Below, piece by piece: positions 9,516-19,476 of a DNA stretch of 64,000 bases; the first letter of the stretch is position 1, and each line of letters starts with the position of its first letter. This DNA is from an uncultured Bacteroidota bacterium (lineage in GTDB: Bacteria > Bacteroidota > Bacteroidia > Chitinophagales > Chitinophagaceae), in assembly GCA_902826165.1 (NCBI GenBank), contig CADEDV010000006.1:10270-74269 (forward strand), written 5' to 3'. The notes under the pieces were generated by a model. The model had not been told where the DNA came from. It did not search any database and was given only the letters and a program-made list of their open reading frames with translations. Position numbers and translations under genes: made by a program.

Positions 9516-11555
9516 ATGTCTTTTAAACTCTATGCTCCATTTCCCCCTGCCGGCGATCAGCCAGGTGCCATTCACCAGCTGACAGAAGCTGTTATACAGG
9601 GTGAAAAATACCAGACACTGCTGGGTGTAACAGGTAGTGGTAAGACTTTCACCATTGCCAATGTCATACAGAATACGCAACGGCCCACGTTAGTCCTGAC
9701 CCATAATAAAACGCTGGTAGCTCAGTTATATGGTGAATTCCGGCAGTTCTTTCCTGAAAATGCGGTTGAATATTTTGTCTCCTACTATGATTACTACCAG
9801 CCGGAAGCTTATATGCCGGTTAGTGATGTATATATTGAAAAAGATCTCAGTATCAATGATGAGCTGGATAAATTAAGGTTAAGGGCCACTTCCAGCTTAT
9901 TGAGTGGCCGCAGGGATATCATTGTAGTTGCTTCCGTGAGCTGTATATATGGTATGGGAAACCCTACCGATTATGAAAACGGGATCATCCGTATTAATAA
10001 AGGACAGCAAATTTCAAGACAGGGCTTTTTGCACTCGTTGGTTAATTCCCTTTATAACAGGACAACGCTGGAATTTAACCGGGGCACCTTCCGGGTAAAA
10101 GGTGATACTGTTGATATCAACCTTCCTTATGTTGATTACGGATACAGGATCACCTTCTTTGGAGATGAGATCGAGGAAATTGAAAGCATAGAAGTTATTA
10201 CCGGGAAAAGGATCGGGAAAATGGAGAATGCCGCTATTTTTCCTGCTAACCTGTATGTGGCTCCCAAGGACATCATGCAGCAGGTGATCTACGAGATACA
10301 GGATGAAATGACTGCACAGGTCGAATATTTTAAGAATACCGGGAAATTCATCGAAGCACAGCGGCTGAAAGAAAGAGTGGAATATGATCTTGAAATGATC
10401 AAAGAACTGGGTTATTGCAGTGGTATTGAAAATTACTCCCGTTTTTTTGACCGCAGAAGACCCGGTACCCGGCCATTCTGTTTGTTGGATTACTTCCCTA
10501 AAGATTTCCTGATGGTCATTGATGAAAGTCACCAGACCATTCCCCAGGTAAGTGGGATGTATGGTGGCGACAGAAGCCGGAAACTCATATTGGTTGACTA
10601 TGGCTTCCGTTTACCCTCTGCCTTAGATAACCGCCCGTTGAATTTTCATGAATTTGACTCCTTATTAAACCAAACCATTTTTGTTTCTGCTACGCCGGAT
10701 GATTTCGAGTTAGAAAAAACCGGCGGTGTGGTGGTGGAGCAGGTCGTCCGTCCAACAGGACTGCTTGATCCTCCCATACAGATCCGGCCCAGCGTAAACC
10801 AGATCGATGACCTGCTGGATGAGATTGATAAAACAGTGAAGAAAGGTGACAGGGTGTTGGTAACGACTTTGACAAAAAGGATGGCTGAAGAGATGGACAA
10901 ATACCTTCACCGTATTAATATCAAATCAAAATATATCCACAGCGAGGTTGATACATTGGAACGGGTGGAAATTCTCAGAGAATTAAGATTAGGCACTATC
11001 GACGTATTGGTGGGAGTAAACCTGTTGCGGGAAGGATTGGACCTGCCGGAAGTTTCTTTAGTTGCCATTCTGGACGCAGACAAAGAAGGTTTTCTGCGGA
11101 ATGAAAAATCGCTGACACAAACTGCGGGCCGGGCAGCCAGGAATGTAGATGGCTTTGTTATTTTCTATGCAGATAAAATGACAGAGAGTATGCAGAAAAC
11201 AATAGATGAAACAAACCGCCGCCGTGAAAAACAGGTCGCTTATAATATAGAACACAATATCACCCCCAGAACCGTAAAGAAAAGTAAAGAGCAGGTATTT
11301 GCACAAACATCAGTGCTTGATATCAAAGGATATGACCCCGCCAATCCTTATGCTATTGCCCCGGATGAAGATCTTGTTACTATTGCGGCGGAAGAGCAAA
11401 CAGAGTATAAAACGATACCACAGGCAGAAAAAGCTATTCAAAAAATTAAAAAGGAAATGGAGAAAGCCGCACGGGATCTTGACTTTATGGAAGCAGCCCG
11501 CCTTCGTGATGAGATGTTTTCCCTGCAAAAAAAACTGGAAGAGATGAAAAAATAA
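9516..11555 (+). CDS. uvrB: excinuclease ABC subunit B
   Basis: GVTGSGKTF Walker A, DESH box, helicase motifs (LVTTLTKRMAEE, VGVNLLREGLDLPEVSLV) and a C-terminal UVR domain (MEAARLRDEM). Confidence 0.97.
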   Translation: MSFKLYAPFPPAGDQPGAIHQLTEAVIQGEKYQTLLGVTGSGKTFTIANVIQNTQRPTLVLTHNKTLVAQLYGEFRQFFPENAVEYFVSYYDYYQPEAYMPVSDVYIEKDLSINDELDKLRLRATSSLLSGRRDIIVVASVSCIYGMGNPTDYENGIIRINKGQQISRQGFLHSLVNSLYNRTTLEFNRGTFRVKGDTVDINLPYVDYGYRITFFGDEIEEIESIEVITGKRIGKMENAAIFPANLYVAPKDIMQQVIYEIQDEMTAQVEYFKNTGKFIEAQRLKERVEYDLEMIKELGYCSGIENYSRFFDRRRPGTRPFCLLDYFPKDFLMVIDESHQTIPQVSGMYGGDRSRKLILVDYGFRLPSALDNRPLNFHEFDSLLNQTIFVSATPDDFELEKTGGVVVEQVVRPTGLLDPPIQIRPSVNQIDDLLDEIDKTVKKGDRVLVTTLTKRMAEEMDKYLHRINIKSKYIHSEVDTLERVEILRELRLGTIDVLVGVNLLREGLDLPEVSLVAILDADKEGFLRNEKSLTQTAGRAARNVDGFVIFYADKMTESMQKTIDETNRRREKQVAYNIEHNITPRTVKKSKEQVFAQTSVLDIKGYDPANPYAIAPDEDLVTIAAEEQTEYKTIPQAEKAIQKIKKEMEKAARDLDFMEAARLRDEMFSLQKKLEEMKK

Positions 11556-11710
11556 CGATTCGTAGTTTTACGAACAGATCTAAAGTAATTCTTCTCTATT
11601 TTAACAAATACCATCATCCAATTCTTGCACATCGTACTACGGGGGTCTATCTTAGCCTTAGAGAAACCGAATAATCCAATAATTGTAAAAACCGAATAAA
11701 TCCAATATTT

Positions 11711-11947
11711 ATGAAAAGACGTGTCCGCAAAATCGTAAACTTTTTTGCCTTCAACCTCCTGTTCTTCGCTCTATACCTGAATTTCATTCACAAAGATAAA
11801 GTGGCCGTTGCTGACCCCGGAGCTCAACGTAATGTTGCTGCTTTCAGTGGTACTGTACTGGTGGAAAATCCTTCAGAATACCTGAATAAGAATACCATTA
11901 CAGCACAGCCTGCTATCAAGAATGAGGAAGATAACACCGTGAATTAA
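11711..11947 (+). CDS. small membrane-anchored hypothetical protein
   Basis: 78 aa with a basic N-terminus and one TM helix. It stands alone between uvrB and polA and is followed by its own hairpin terminator. Confidence 0.45.
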   Translation: MKRRVRKIVNFFAFNLLFFALYLNFIHKDKVAVADPGAQRNVAAFSGTVLVENPSEYLNKNTITAQPAIKNEEDNTVN

Positions 11948-11997
11948 TTTTTTTTCTCTACATAAGTCTCTTAAGCAAAGCAGTTAGTTTATACAAT

Positions 11998-12024
11998 ATA
12001 CCCCGCCGTTCCCGGCGGGGTATT
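11998..12024 (+). terminator. hairpin terminator upstream of polA
   Basis: Stem ataccccgccg/cggcggggtat with loop ttcc. The T-tract is weak (tatttgtgcttt). Confidence 0.6.
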
Positions 12025-12070
12025 TGTGCTTTGTACGCATCATAGCTGCTGAAAACATTAACTTAGCAGC

Positions 12071-14926
12071 ATGGCAAAAAAAGTATTCCTCCTCGACGCT
12101 TTTGCGCTGGTGTTTCGTGCATATTATGCACTGATAAGAAACCCCCGCCTTACTTCAAAAGGCAAAAATACCAATGCACAGTTTGGTTTTACCAATGCAT
12201 TGGTGGACCTGATCAAAAACCAGAACCCCTCCCATATGGCGGTATGCTTTGACACCGCTGCTCCTACCGAACGTCATACAGATTTTGAAGATTATAAGGC
12301 CAACCGGCAGGAAGCACCTGAAGATATACTGGCTGCCATACCTGATATAAAAGCTATCATCCGTGGGTTTAATATCCCGGTAGTTGAACTGGATGGTTAT
12401 GAAGCGGATGATGTGGTGGGGACCCTGAGTAAGCAAGCCGAAAAAGCCGGTTACGAGGTATATATGGTTACGCCAGATAAAGACTATGGCCAGTTGGTAT
12501 CTGAAAAAATAAAAATATACAAACCCGGCTACCAGGGTGGTGATGCAGAAATCCTGGGACCAGAAGAAGTATGTGCAAAATGGAATATCAAAGAGGTATC
12601 GCAGGTCATAGATATTCTCGGGTTGATGGGTGATGCTGTTGATAATATCCCCGGTATCCCTGGTGTTGGTGAAAAGACCGCAGCAAAACTATTAGCTGAG
12701 TATGGTACATTAGAAAACGCTTTAGCCAATGCAGATAATATCAAAGGTGCTTTAGGTGAAAAAGTTCGAAAAGGAAAAGAGTCAGCGATCTTATCCAAGA
12801 AATTAGCCACCATTATTACTAACGTACCGGTGGAGTTTCACGAAGAGGATTTTAAACTGAAAGACTGGGATAAAGAAAAATTAAAAGAAGTGTTCGGTGA
12901 ACTTGAATTCAAAACGCTGGGTAAGCGATTACTTGGTGATGATTTTTCCTTATCAACCCCTTCAAAGGGTGTAGTCGATAAAGAAATACCCCAGGGTGTT
13001 CAAACAGATTTGTTTGGAAATATAGTGGAGCCGGTTAAAAGTGAAAGTAAAAATCAACCCATTGTTGACGATGACGATGATACAAGAGATGGGTTAACTG
13101 TTGATAAAAACATTACTAACACGTCGCATAAATATGAAGCGGTGGAAGGTGATTCAGCCATAAAAAAATTAGTGGCCGAATTAAAGAAGCATACCGAGAT
13201 CTGCTTTGATACAGAAACCACCGGTATTGATGCTAACGATGCAGAGCTCGTTGGGCTCAGCTTCTCTGTGACACCCGGTGAAGGCTATTATGTGCCCTGC
13301 CCAACTGACCAGGAAAAAACAAAAACCATACTGGCTCATTTTTCTCCCCTTTTCGCAGATAAGAAAAAGATATGGATCGGGCAGAATACTAAATATGACC
13401 TGTTGCTGTTAAAATGGTATGGTATAGAAATAGCCGGTGATCTTTTCGATACGATGCTTGCACATTATGTGATCGAACCTGATGGTAAAAGAAGTATGGA
13501 CCTCCTGAGTGCCAAATACCTGGGTTATGAGCCCGTCCATATTGAAGAACTGATTGGGAAGAAAGGCAAGACCCAAGGGAATATGCGGGATGTGGAATTG
13601 GAAAAGATAAAAGAATATGCTTCAGAAGATGCAGACATTACCCTCCAGTTGAAAAATGTATTTACCCCGCTCCTTAAAAAAAGAGAAGTAGAAAAAGTGT
13701 TTAACGAAGTAGAGAATCCATTAGTGAAGGTGCTGGTGGATATGGAATATGAAGGGATCAAAGTGGATATTAATTTCCTGGGTGATTATTCCAAAGAACT
13801 GGAAAAGGATGCAAAAAAAGCCGAAGAGAGTGTGTATAAACAGGCTGGCGTACGTTTTAACCTGGCATCCCCCAAACAACTCGGTGAAGTATTATTTGAT
13901 AAACTAAAACTGGACCCCTCTGCCAAGAAAACAAAAACCGGGCAATACCAGACCGGCGAGGATGTGCTATTAAAGCTTGCAGCTAAAGGTCACCAGATCG
14001 TAGATGATATTTTAGCATTTCGTGAACTGACCAAGCTGAAATCAACCTATGTAGATTCTTTACCGGAACTGATCAATAAAAAAACAGGAAGAGTTCACAC
14101 TACTTATGGCCAGGCTGTGGCCGTCACCGGCCGGTTAGCCAGCAATAATCCCAACCTGCAGAATATACCAGTAAGAACAGACAGAGGCAGGGAGATCAGG
14201 AAGGCCTTTATTCCCAGGGATAGTAAATATATTTTATTATCTGCTGACTATTCTCAAATTGAATTGAGAATAGTTGCTGCTATCAGTGGTGATACCAATA
14301 TGTGTGAAGCCTTCCGGAAAGGAACAGATATTCATACTGCCACAGCGGCACGGGTGTACAATATTCCGGAGGCTGAGGTAACTAAAGAAATGCGTTATAA
14401 AGCCAAGAGTGTAAACTTTGGTATCATTTACGGGCAGGGAGCTTTTGGTCTTGCTGATAACTTAGGTATATCAAGAACAGAAGCCAAAGAGATCATTGAT
14501 AATTATAAAAAAGAGTTCCCCGGCATTCAAAAGTATATGGACGATACGATCAATTTTGCCCGGGAGCATGGATATGTGCAAACACTGATGGGAAGAAAAC
14601 GCTGGTTAAAGGATATCAATTCTGCCAATTTTACGGTTCGTGGTTTTGCAGAACGAAATGCAATCAACTCACCGATACAGGGCACAGCAGCCGATATGAT
14701 CAAATTAGCCATGCAAAAAGTGCATGCCGCCATGAAAAAAGAAAAAATGCAAAGCCGGATGATCCTGCAGGTGCATGATGAATTGGTTTTTGATGCATTG
14801 AAATCAGAAGCAAAAGAATTGAAGCCCCTGATCATTGAGAATATGCAGATCGCATTGCCGTTGCCGTATGATGTTCCGGTTATTGCAGAATGCGGGCAGG
14901 GAGATAACTGGCTCGAAGCACATTAA
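12071..14926 (+). CDS. polA: DNA polymerase I
   Basis: 951 aa. Contains a 5'-nuclease domain (LLDAFALVFRAYYA, GYEADD), a 3'-5' exonuclease domain (ICFDTETTG) and polymerase motifs A/B/C (DYSQIELR, RYKAKSVNFGIIYG, QVHDELV). Confidence 0.97.
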   Translation: MAKKVFLLDAFALVFRAYYALIRNPRLTSKGKNTNAQFGFTNALVDLIKNQNPSHMAVCFDTAAPTERHTDFEDYKANRQEAPEDILAAIPDIKAIIRGFNIPVVELDGYEADDVVGTLSKQAEKAGYEVYMVTPDKDYGQLVSEKIKIYKPGYQGGDAEILGPEEVCAKWNIKEVSQVIDILGLMGDAVDNIPGIPGVGEKTAAKLLAEYGTLENALANADNIKGALGEKVRKGKESAILSKKLATIITNVPVEFHEEDFKLKDWDKEKLKEVFGELEFKTLGKRLLGDDFSLSTPSKGVVDKEIPQGVQTDLFGNIVEPVKSESKNQPIVDDDDDTRDGLTVDKNITNTSHKYEAVEGDSAIKKLVAELKKHTEICFDTETTGIDANDAELVGLSFSVTPGEGYYVPCPTDQEKTKTILAHFSPLFADKKKIWIGQNTKYDLLLLKWYGIEIAGDLFDTMLAHYVIEPDGKRSMDLLSAKYLGYEPVHIEELIGKKGKTQGNMRDVELEKIKEYASEDADITLQLKNVFTPLLKKREVEKVFNEVENPLVKVLVDMEYEGIKVDINFLGDYSKELEKDAKKAEESVYKQAGVRFNLASPKQLGEVLFDKLKLDPSAKKTKTGQYQTGEDVLLKLAAKGHQIVDDILAFRELTKLKSTYVDSLPELINKKTGRVHTTYGQAVAVTGRLASNNPNLQNIPVRTDRGREIRKAFIPRDSKYILLSADYSQIELRIVAAISGDTNMCEAFRKGTDIHTATAARVYNIPEAEVTKEMRYKAKSVNFGIIYGQGAFGLADNLGISRTEAKEIIDNYKKEFPGIQKYMDDTINFAREHGYVQTLMGRKRWLKDINSANFTVRGFAERNAINSPIQGTAADMIKLAMQKVHAAMKKEKMQSRMILQVHDELVFDALKSEAKELKPLIIENMQIALPLPYDVPVIAECGQGDNWLEAH

Positions 14927-14935
14927 TCTTCAAAC

Positions 14936-15688
14936 ATGAATTGGTCACTTTATTTTAAGGATGTACAAATAATCGGCAGCCGCTATTTACTGATTGCCAG
15001 TATTGCCTTCTTCATTTGGTATGTGGTACTGCGGAAATTGATCAGTTCTAAAAAAATTCAGCAGCGGTTTCCAAAATTCAATGATTATATAAGAGAGATC
15101 GGGTTTTCAATTGCCACTATATTCATTATGGCCTTTATTCCGGCTATTGTCCTTGGCAGCCCGGAATTATCAAAACATACAAAGTTCTATACTGATATTG
15201 ATCAGCAAGGAAAACTGTATTTCTTTCTTGCCTTCCCGGTAATGGCCTTCCTGCATGACACTTATTTTTACTGGATGCACCGGTTGATGCATCACCCCCG
15301 GGTATTTAAATGGGTTCACCTTATTCATCATAAATCGGTTAACCCAAGCCCCTTCGCCGCTTATGCTTTTCATCCACTGGAAGCAATTGTGGAAGCCGGA
15401 ATATTCCTTGTTTTTGTATTTACTATTCCTGTCCATCTCTTTCACCTCCTGTTCTTCTTTTTATTTATGATCATCTATAATGTGTATGGGCACCTGGGCT
15501 GGGAGCTTTATCCAAAAGGCTTCAGTAAACACTGGTTGGGAAAATGGATCAATACCTCTGTGAACCACAACCTGCACCACCAGTATTTTAAGGGCAACTA
15601 TGGGCTATACTTCCTGTTCTGGGACCGGATGATGGGTACGATCAGGAAAGACTATGATGAAAAATTTGATGAAGTGAAGAACAGGTGA
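14936..15688 (+). CDS. sterol desaturase / fatty acid hydroxylase family membrane protein
   Basis: Histidine boxes HRLMHH, HLIHHKS and HNLHHQ within a multi-TM protein. Confidence 0.85.
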   Translation: MNWSLYFKDVQIIGSRYLLIASIAFFIWYVVLRKLISSKKIQQRFPKFNDYIREIGFSIATIFIMAFIPAIVLGSPELSKHTKFYTDIDQQGKLYFFLAFPVMAFLHDTYFYWMHRLMHHPRVFKWVHLIHHKSVNPSPFAAYAFHPLEAIVEAGIFLVFVFTIPVHLFHLLFFFLFMIIYNVYGHLGWELYPKGFSKHWLGKWINTSVNHNLHHQYFKGNYGLYFLFWDRMMGTIRKDYDEKFDEVKNR

Positions 15689-15758
15689 TCATTATCCGTC
15701 TTTATTATTACCAAAGTCATAAATTTTACTTTTCTTATCTTCTTAAGTTTGCACTCTT

Positions 15759-16412
15759 ATGCAGCCTGTAATCTATTATTGTTATGACGCTTATTGTGGC
15801 TGGTGCTATGGCTTTAGCCCTGTGATCAAGCAAATAGCGGAAGAGTATAAAGACAAAATATCATTTGAAGTACTGTCGGGAGGGATGATTCCAGCAGGAA
15901 ATCCCCGTCCCATTGCTGCAACTGCCAGCTATATCAGTGAGGCTTATCACCGGGTGGAAGAAATAACAGGTATCAAATTCGGTCCTGATTATCTCTGGCA
16001 TATTTTCAATCCCGGTGAAAGCGATTGGTTTCCACACTCAGAAAAAGCTGCTATTGCCATGTGTATCTTCAAAGAGATACTCCCTGATCAACAAGTAGCA
16101 TTTGCGGCTGATCTTCAATATAGTTTGCATTTTGAAGGACGTGACCTGACCGATAATGAAGCATACCGGCATTTACTGGAAAAATATTCTATACCCGGAG
16201 AAGAGTTTTACAGCAAAATGAACAGTGAAGCCTATAAGGAGAAAGCATTGTATGAATTTGCTTTGTGTAAGCAACTCCAGGCGACAAGCTTTCCCCAGGT
16301 ATTGATGCAGGTAGCTGAACAAAGATTCTATCTGCTTACCAAAGGCTACACCGATCATGAAACATTAAATAATCGGATACAGTCCGTATTAACAGAAATA
16401 AACAATTTATGA
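15759..16412 (+). CDS. DsbA-like thioredoxin-fold protein
   Basis: N-terminal CGWCYG (CxxC) motif at the position typical of DsbA-family/FrnE-like proteins. 217 aa with no signal peptide. Confidence 0.65.
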   Translation: MQPVIYYCYDAYCGWCYGFSPVIKQIAEEYKDKISFEVLSGGMIPAGNPRPIAATASYISEAYHRVEEITGIKFGPDYLWHIFNPGESDWFPHSEKAAIAMCIFKEILPDQQVAFAADLQYSLHFEGRDLTDNEAYRHLLEKYSIPGEEFYSKMNSEAYKEKALYEFALCKQLQATSFPQVLMQVAEQRFYLLTKGYTDHETLNNRIQSVLTEINNL

Positions 16413-17326
16413 TACTTACGATCACACTTAATCCTTGTATTGATAAAAGCTCAAGAGTAGAAAAATTCAAACCCGAAAGCAAGTTGCGTTGTACTGAGGT
16501 AGTGAATGAACCCGGAGGCGGTGGCATCAATGTGAGTAAAGCTTTGCAAAAATTAGAAACTCCTTCTGTGGCTTTATTCCCAGCCGGGGGGCATAATGGA
16601 AATATGCTGTGTTCCTTATTAAAGGATGAGAATATTCTGTTTCATGCTGTGGATACAAAACTGGAAACAAGAGAGAACTGGATCGTATTGGAAACTTCAA
16701 CTAATAACCAATATCGTTTTACATTCCCGGGTAAGGAAGTATTGGAAGAAACAATTAAATCACTGGTTGACCAGATCCGTTCTTTTGCACCAACCTATGT
16801 TGTAGCCAGCGGGAGCTTACCTCCGGGACTCCCTGATTATTTCTACGGCCTGATCGTTAAAAATGCAGCCGCCGTCGGTGCCAAATGTATTGTGGATACC
16901 AGTGGCCCTGCTTTGCAAGCATTGAAAGGTAAACATGCATATATGATCAAACCCAATATTGGTGAGTTATGTAAAATGCTGAATGTGGAGTGGCTGGATA
17001 AAGAGGAAGTACCCGATGCTGCGCAACAGGCGATAAGAGATGGTTTTGCTGAAATAATTGTTGTTTCTATGGGGCATCTGGGCGCCTGGATGGTAAGCGA
17101 GGATAAAAGATATTTTGTGGATGCGCCACCGGTAGAAAAGAAAAGCACTGTTGGTGCCGGAGATAGTATGGTGGCTGGTATCACCTATTCTTTACAAAAA
17201 GGAAAAACATTAAGAGAGGCAATTCGCTTTGGCGTGGCTTGTGGTAGTGCAGCAACCATGAACGATGGAACTCAACTTTTTAATAAGAGTGACGCAGAAA
17301 AATTATATGCAGCCATCAATGAATAA
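16409..17326 (+). CDS. PfkB-family sugar kinase (1-phosphofructokinase/hexose kinase type)
   Basis: TLNPCIDK start, GGGGINVS, and C-terminal GAGDSMVAG and ACGSAAT motifs of the ribokinase/PfkB superfamily. ATGA overlap with the upstream gene. Confidence 0.85.
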   Translation: MILTITLNPCIDKSSRVEKFKPESKLRCTEVVNEPGGGGINVSKALQKLETPSVALFPAGGHNGNMLCSLLKDENILFHAVDTKLETRENWIVLETSTNNQYRFTFPGKEVLEETIKSLVDQIRSFAPTYVVASGSLPPGLPDYFYGLIVKNAAAVGAKCIVDTSGPALQALKGKHAYMIKPNIGELCKMLNVEWLDKEEVPDAAQQAIRDGFAEIIVVSMGHLGAWMVSEDKRYFVDAPPVEKKSTVGAGDSMVAGITYSLQKGKTLREAIRFGVACGSAATMNDGTQLFNKSDAEKLYAAINE

Positions 17327-17329
17327 AGA

Positions 17330-17707
17330 ATGAAAAAAGATATTTCAAACAGGGAAGACCTGTTATTGCTGGTCACCCTGTTTTATGAAAAGCTGTTAGC
17401 AGATAATTCTATTAATTACATCTTTACGGATGTGGCTAAGATTGATCTTTCTCATCACTTACCTGTCCTGGTTGATTTCTGGGATTCCGTTTTATTCCAG
17501 TCGGATACGTATCATAAAAATGCCATGCAGCCTCACATAACTTTGCACCGGCAGTCGCCATTACAAAAGCATCATTTTGAAACCTGGCTCCGCTACTTTA
17601 AAGAATCTGTTGATGAATTATTTGAAGGAGAAACAGCATTCGTTGCCAAAGAAAGGGCAACCAGTATTGCCACGGTTATGCAGATAAAGACCATCCAGCT
17701 TTCCTGA
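17330..17707 (+). CDS. truncated hemoglobin (group III-like)
   Basis: 125 aa. Pattern LV..FY..L......F.......HL..L..FW......Y........H..L.......F..WL..F is typical of 2-on-2 globins. Confidence 0.7.
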   Translation: MKKDISNREDLLLLVTLFYEKLLADNSINYIFTDVAKIDLSHHLPVLVDFWDSVLFQSDTYHKNAMQPHITLHRQSPLQKHHFETWLRYFKESVDELFEGETAFVAKERATSIATVMQIKTIQLS

Positions 17708-17804
17708 TTTTTTCTTTCATCCTTTAAAATTCCGGTTTCGTCGGAATATTTTGCAGCTCTCTTTAAGGTAATTAGTATCTTCTCCCTCCAAAATAATACT
17801 TAAT

Positions 17805-18464
17805 ATGAAACGAATTACCTTATTATGCTGTGCAACAGCTTTCCTGGTTTTTTCCTGCAACAATGAAAAAAAAACAGATGAAGCCAAAACTGAAGCCACT
17901 GCAAACACTGAAACAGTAGCATCAAGCCCTGCTGGGCCGCCAGATTCAGCTGCACAAGCTGAAATGATGAAAGCATGGATGGATTTTGCCACACCCGGGC
18001 CAGAACATGCATGGATGTCGAAACATGCAGGTACATGGATAGCCGATTCAGTTTTGCAATGGATGGATCCTTCTCAGCCCCCTACAGTATCAAAAGCTAC
18101 AGATGTGGTGACCATGGCGGTAAATGGTCTCTACCAGATGACAGATTTTTCAAGTACTATGATGGGGCAGCCCATGCAGGGGCATGGTATAATGGGATTT
18201 GATAAAATGAAGAAAAAGTTTGTTCTTTCCTGGATAGACAATATGGGTTCCGGCATTGTGCGGATGGAAGGTAGTTATGATGAAGCCACCAAAACACTGA
18301 GTATGGCAGGAAAACAATCAGACCCCGGTATGAAAGCAGAAACAGATATTCGCCAGGAATTAAAGTTCCATGATGATAATAGTTATACTATGTCGATGTA
18401 TGGCACAGGTCATGATGGTAAGGAAGCTAAATTCATGGAAGGGATTTTTAAACGAAAGAAATAA
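17805..18464 (+). CDS. lipoprotein, DUF1579-like
   Basis: Lipobox LVFSC. The central region PGPEH..M....G.W, then FDKMKKKFVLSWIDNMGSG, resembles the DUF1579 family (from memory). Confidence 0.6.
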   Translation: MKRITLLCCATAFLVFSCNNEKKTDEAKTEATANTETVASSPAGPPDSAAQAEMMKAWMDFATPGPEHAWMSKHAGTWIADSVLQWMDPSQPPTVSKATDVVTMAVNGLYQMTDFSSTMMGQPMQGHGIMGFDKMKKKFVLSWIDNMGSGIVRMEGSYDEATKTLSMAGKQSDPGMKAETDIRQELKFHDDNSYTMSMYGTGHDGKEAKFMEGIFKRKK

Positions 18465-18477
18465 AAAACTGATTCAG

Positions 18478-18510
18478 CAAAAACCCCGGGTATGCCGGGG
18501 TTTTATTTTA
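18478..18510. terminator. bidirectional hairpin terminator between convergent genes
   Basis: Stem aaaccccgg/ccggggttt with loop gtatg, flanked by an A-run and a T-run. Confidence 0.8.
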
Positions 18511-19386
18511 TTATTCCTTTTTTGTTTTCTCCATCGGCAGTTTTTCATCCCTGCTCCACTCCTGCATACTGCCATCATATACTTTCATCTTATAACCCAG
18601 GCTGCGTCCTGCCAGGTAGTCCACACAGGCAGTTTGCCCGATAAAACAATACACTACCACCTCCTTGCTTTTATCCGGCACTACTGTAGTGAAATTTTTT
18701 TCCACTATAGAAACCGGCTTGATGCTGTTCGTGGAATCTACCATATCCGGGAAAGGAATATTTTTGGCACCGCTGATATGACCATCTCTCGGGTTGCCGG
18801 TCGGGTCACCATCATACCAGCGTTTAGCCCTTGCATCCACCACTTCAGATGATTTTGTATTCAAGGCATTGAGGACATAGTCTTTATCCACCAGCGTACC
18901 TGTTGTAGTTGCCACATAATTTCCTTTTTTAAATGCTGCCGGCCTATTGGTCACAGTATAACCCGCTCTTTTCCATGCTTCAATGCCTCCATTCAAAAAT
19001 GAAACCATTCCTTTCAGGCCAAAATGTTCCAATGTCATAAACATCCTGGCAGCAATAGTTACATCGCTGCCTCTATGACAAATTACAATTTTTGAATTTT
19101 TATTAATTCCTAGCTCCTGCAACACCTTTGTTGCTGTTTTAGCATCCGGAGCATACATACTGCCTTCCGGTTTATCAAATGCCAGCCAGTCGGGCCAGAG
19201 AAAACGGGAGCCTTCGATATGCTCTTTGTCATAATCCGCCTTTATCACAAAGCCTGTGTACAGGATCACCAGATCTGGGTCTTTCATATTTTCATTCAAC
19301 CATTGCGCAGAAACAATAACCGGTTGTTGTGCTTTGGTAATGAAAACGAACAGGAACAAAAGAATGGTTAAACCAATATTTTTCAT
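18511..19386 (-). CDS. tandem-rhodanese sulfurtransferase (periplasmic)
   Basis: Two rhodanese domains, with an active-site-like loop YCFIGQTA in the second. Signal peptide from MKNIGLTILLF (ATG at 19386). Confidence 0.8.
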   Translation of the reverse strand: MKNIGLTILLFLFVFITKAQQPVIVSAQWLNENMKDPDLVILYTGFVIKADYDKEHIEGSRFLWPDWLAFDKPEGSMYAPDAKTATKVLQELGINKNSKIVICHRGSDVTIAARMFMTLEHFGLKGMVSFLNGGIEAWKRAGYTVTNRPAAFKKGNYVATTTGTLVDKDYVLNALNTKSSEVVDARAKRWYDGDPTGNPRDGHISGAKNIPFPDMVDSTNSIKPVSIVEKNFTTVVPDKSKEVVVYCFIGQTACVDYLAGRSLGYKMKVYDGSMQEWSRDEKLPMEKTKKE

Positions 19387-19476
19387 AACTGCAGGTTTAT
19401 ATAGTAAGTTACAAATCCCCAATGCCTCCTTACTTTTCTATTTGACAAAAGGTGAATCAGGCTTCCCGACCGGTAG

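Noticed and set aside
10014-10532. Long antisense ORFs inside well-supported genes. Examples: 10014-10532 in uvrB, 37569-38072 and 37733-38044 in pepF, 16843-17184 in pfkB, 24790-25368, 18370-18852, 39579-40094, 41909-42460, 42838-43296, 46559-46969, 47867-48220, 48712-49113, 54645-55070 and 32684-33184.
   Set aside because: Each lies fully opposite a CDS with strong family motifs. Their translations are low-complexity or motif-free, so they are typical shadow ORFs.
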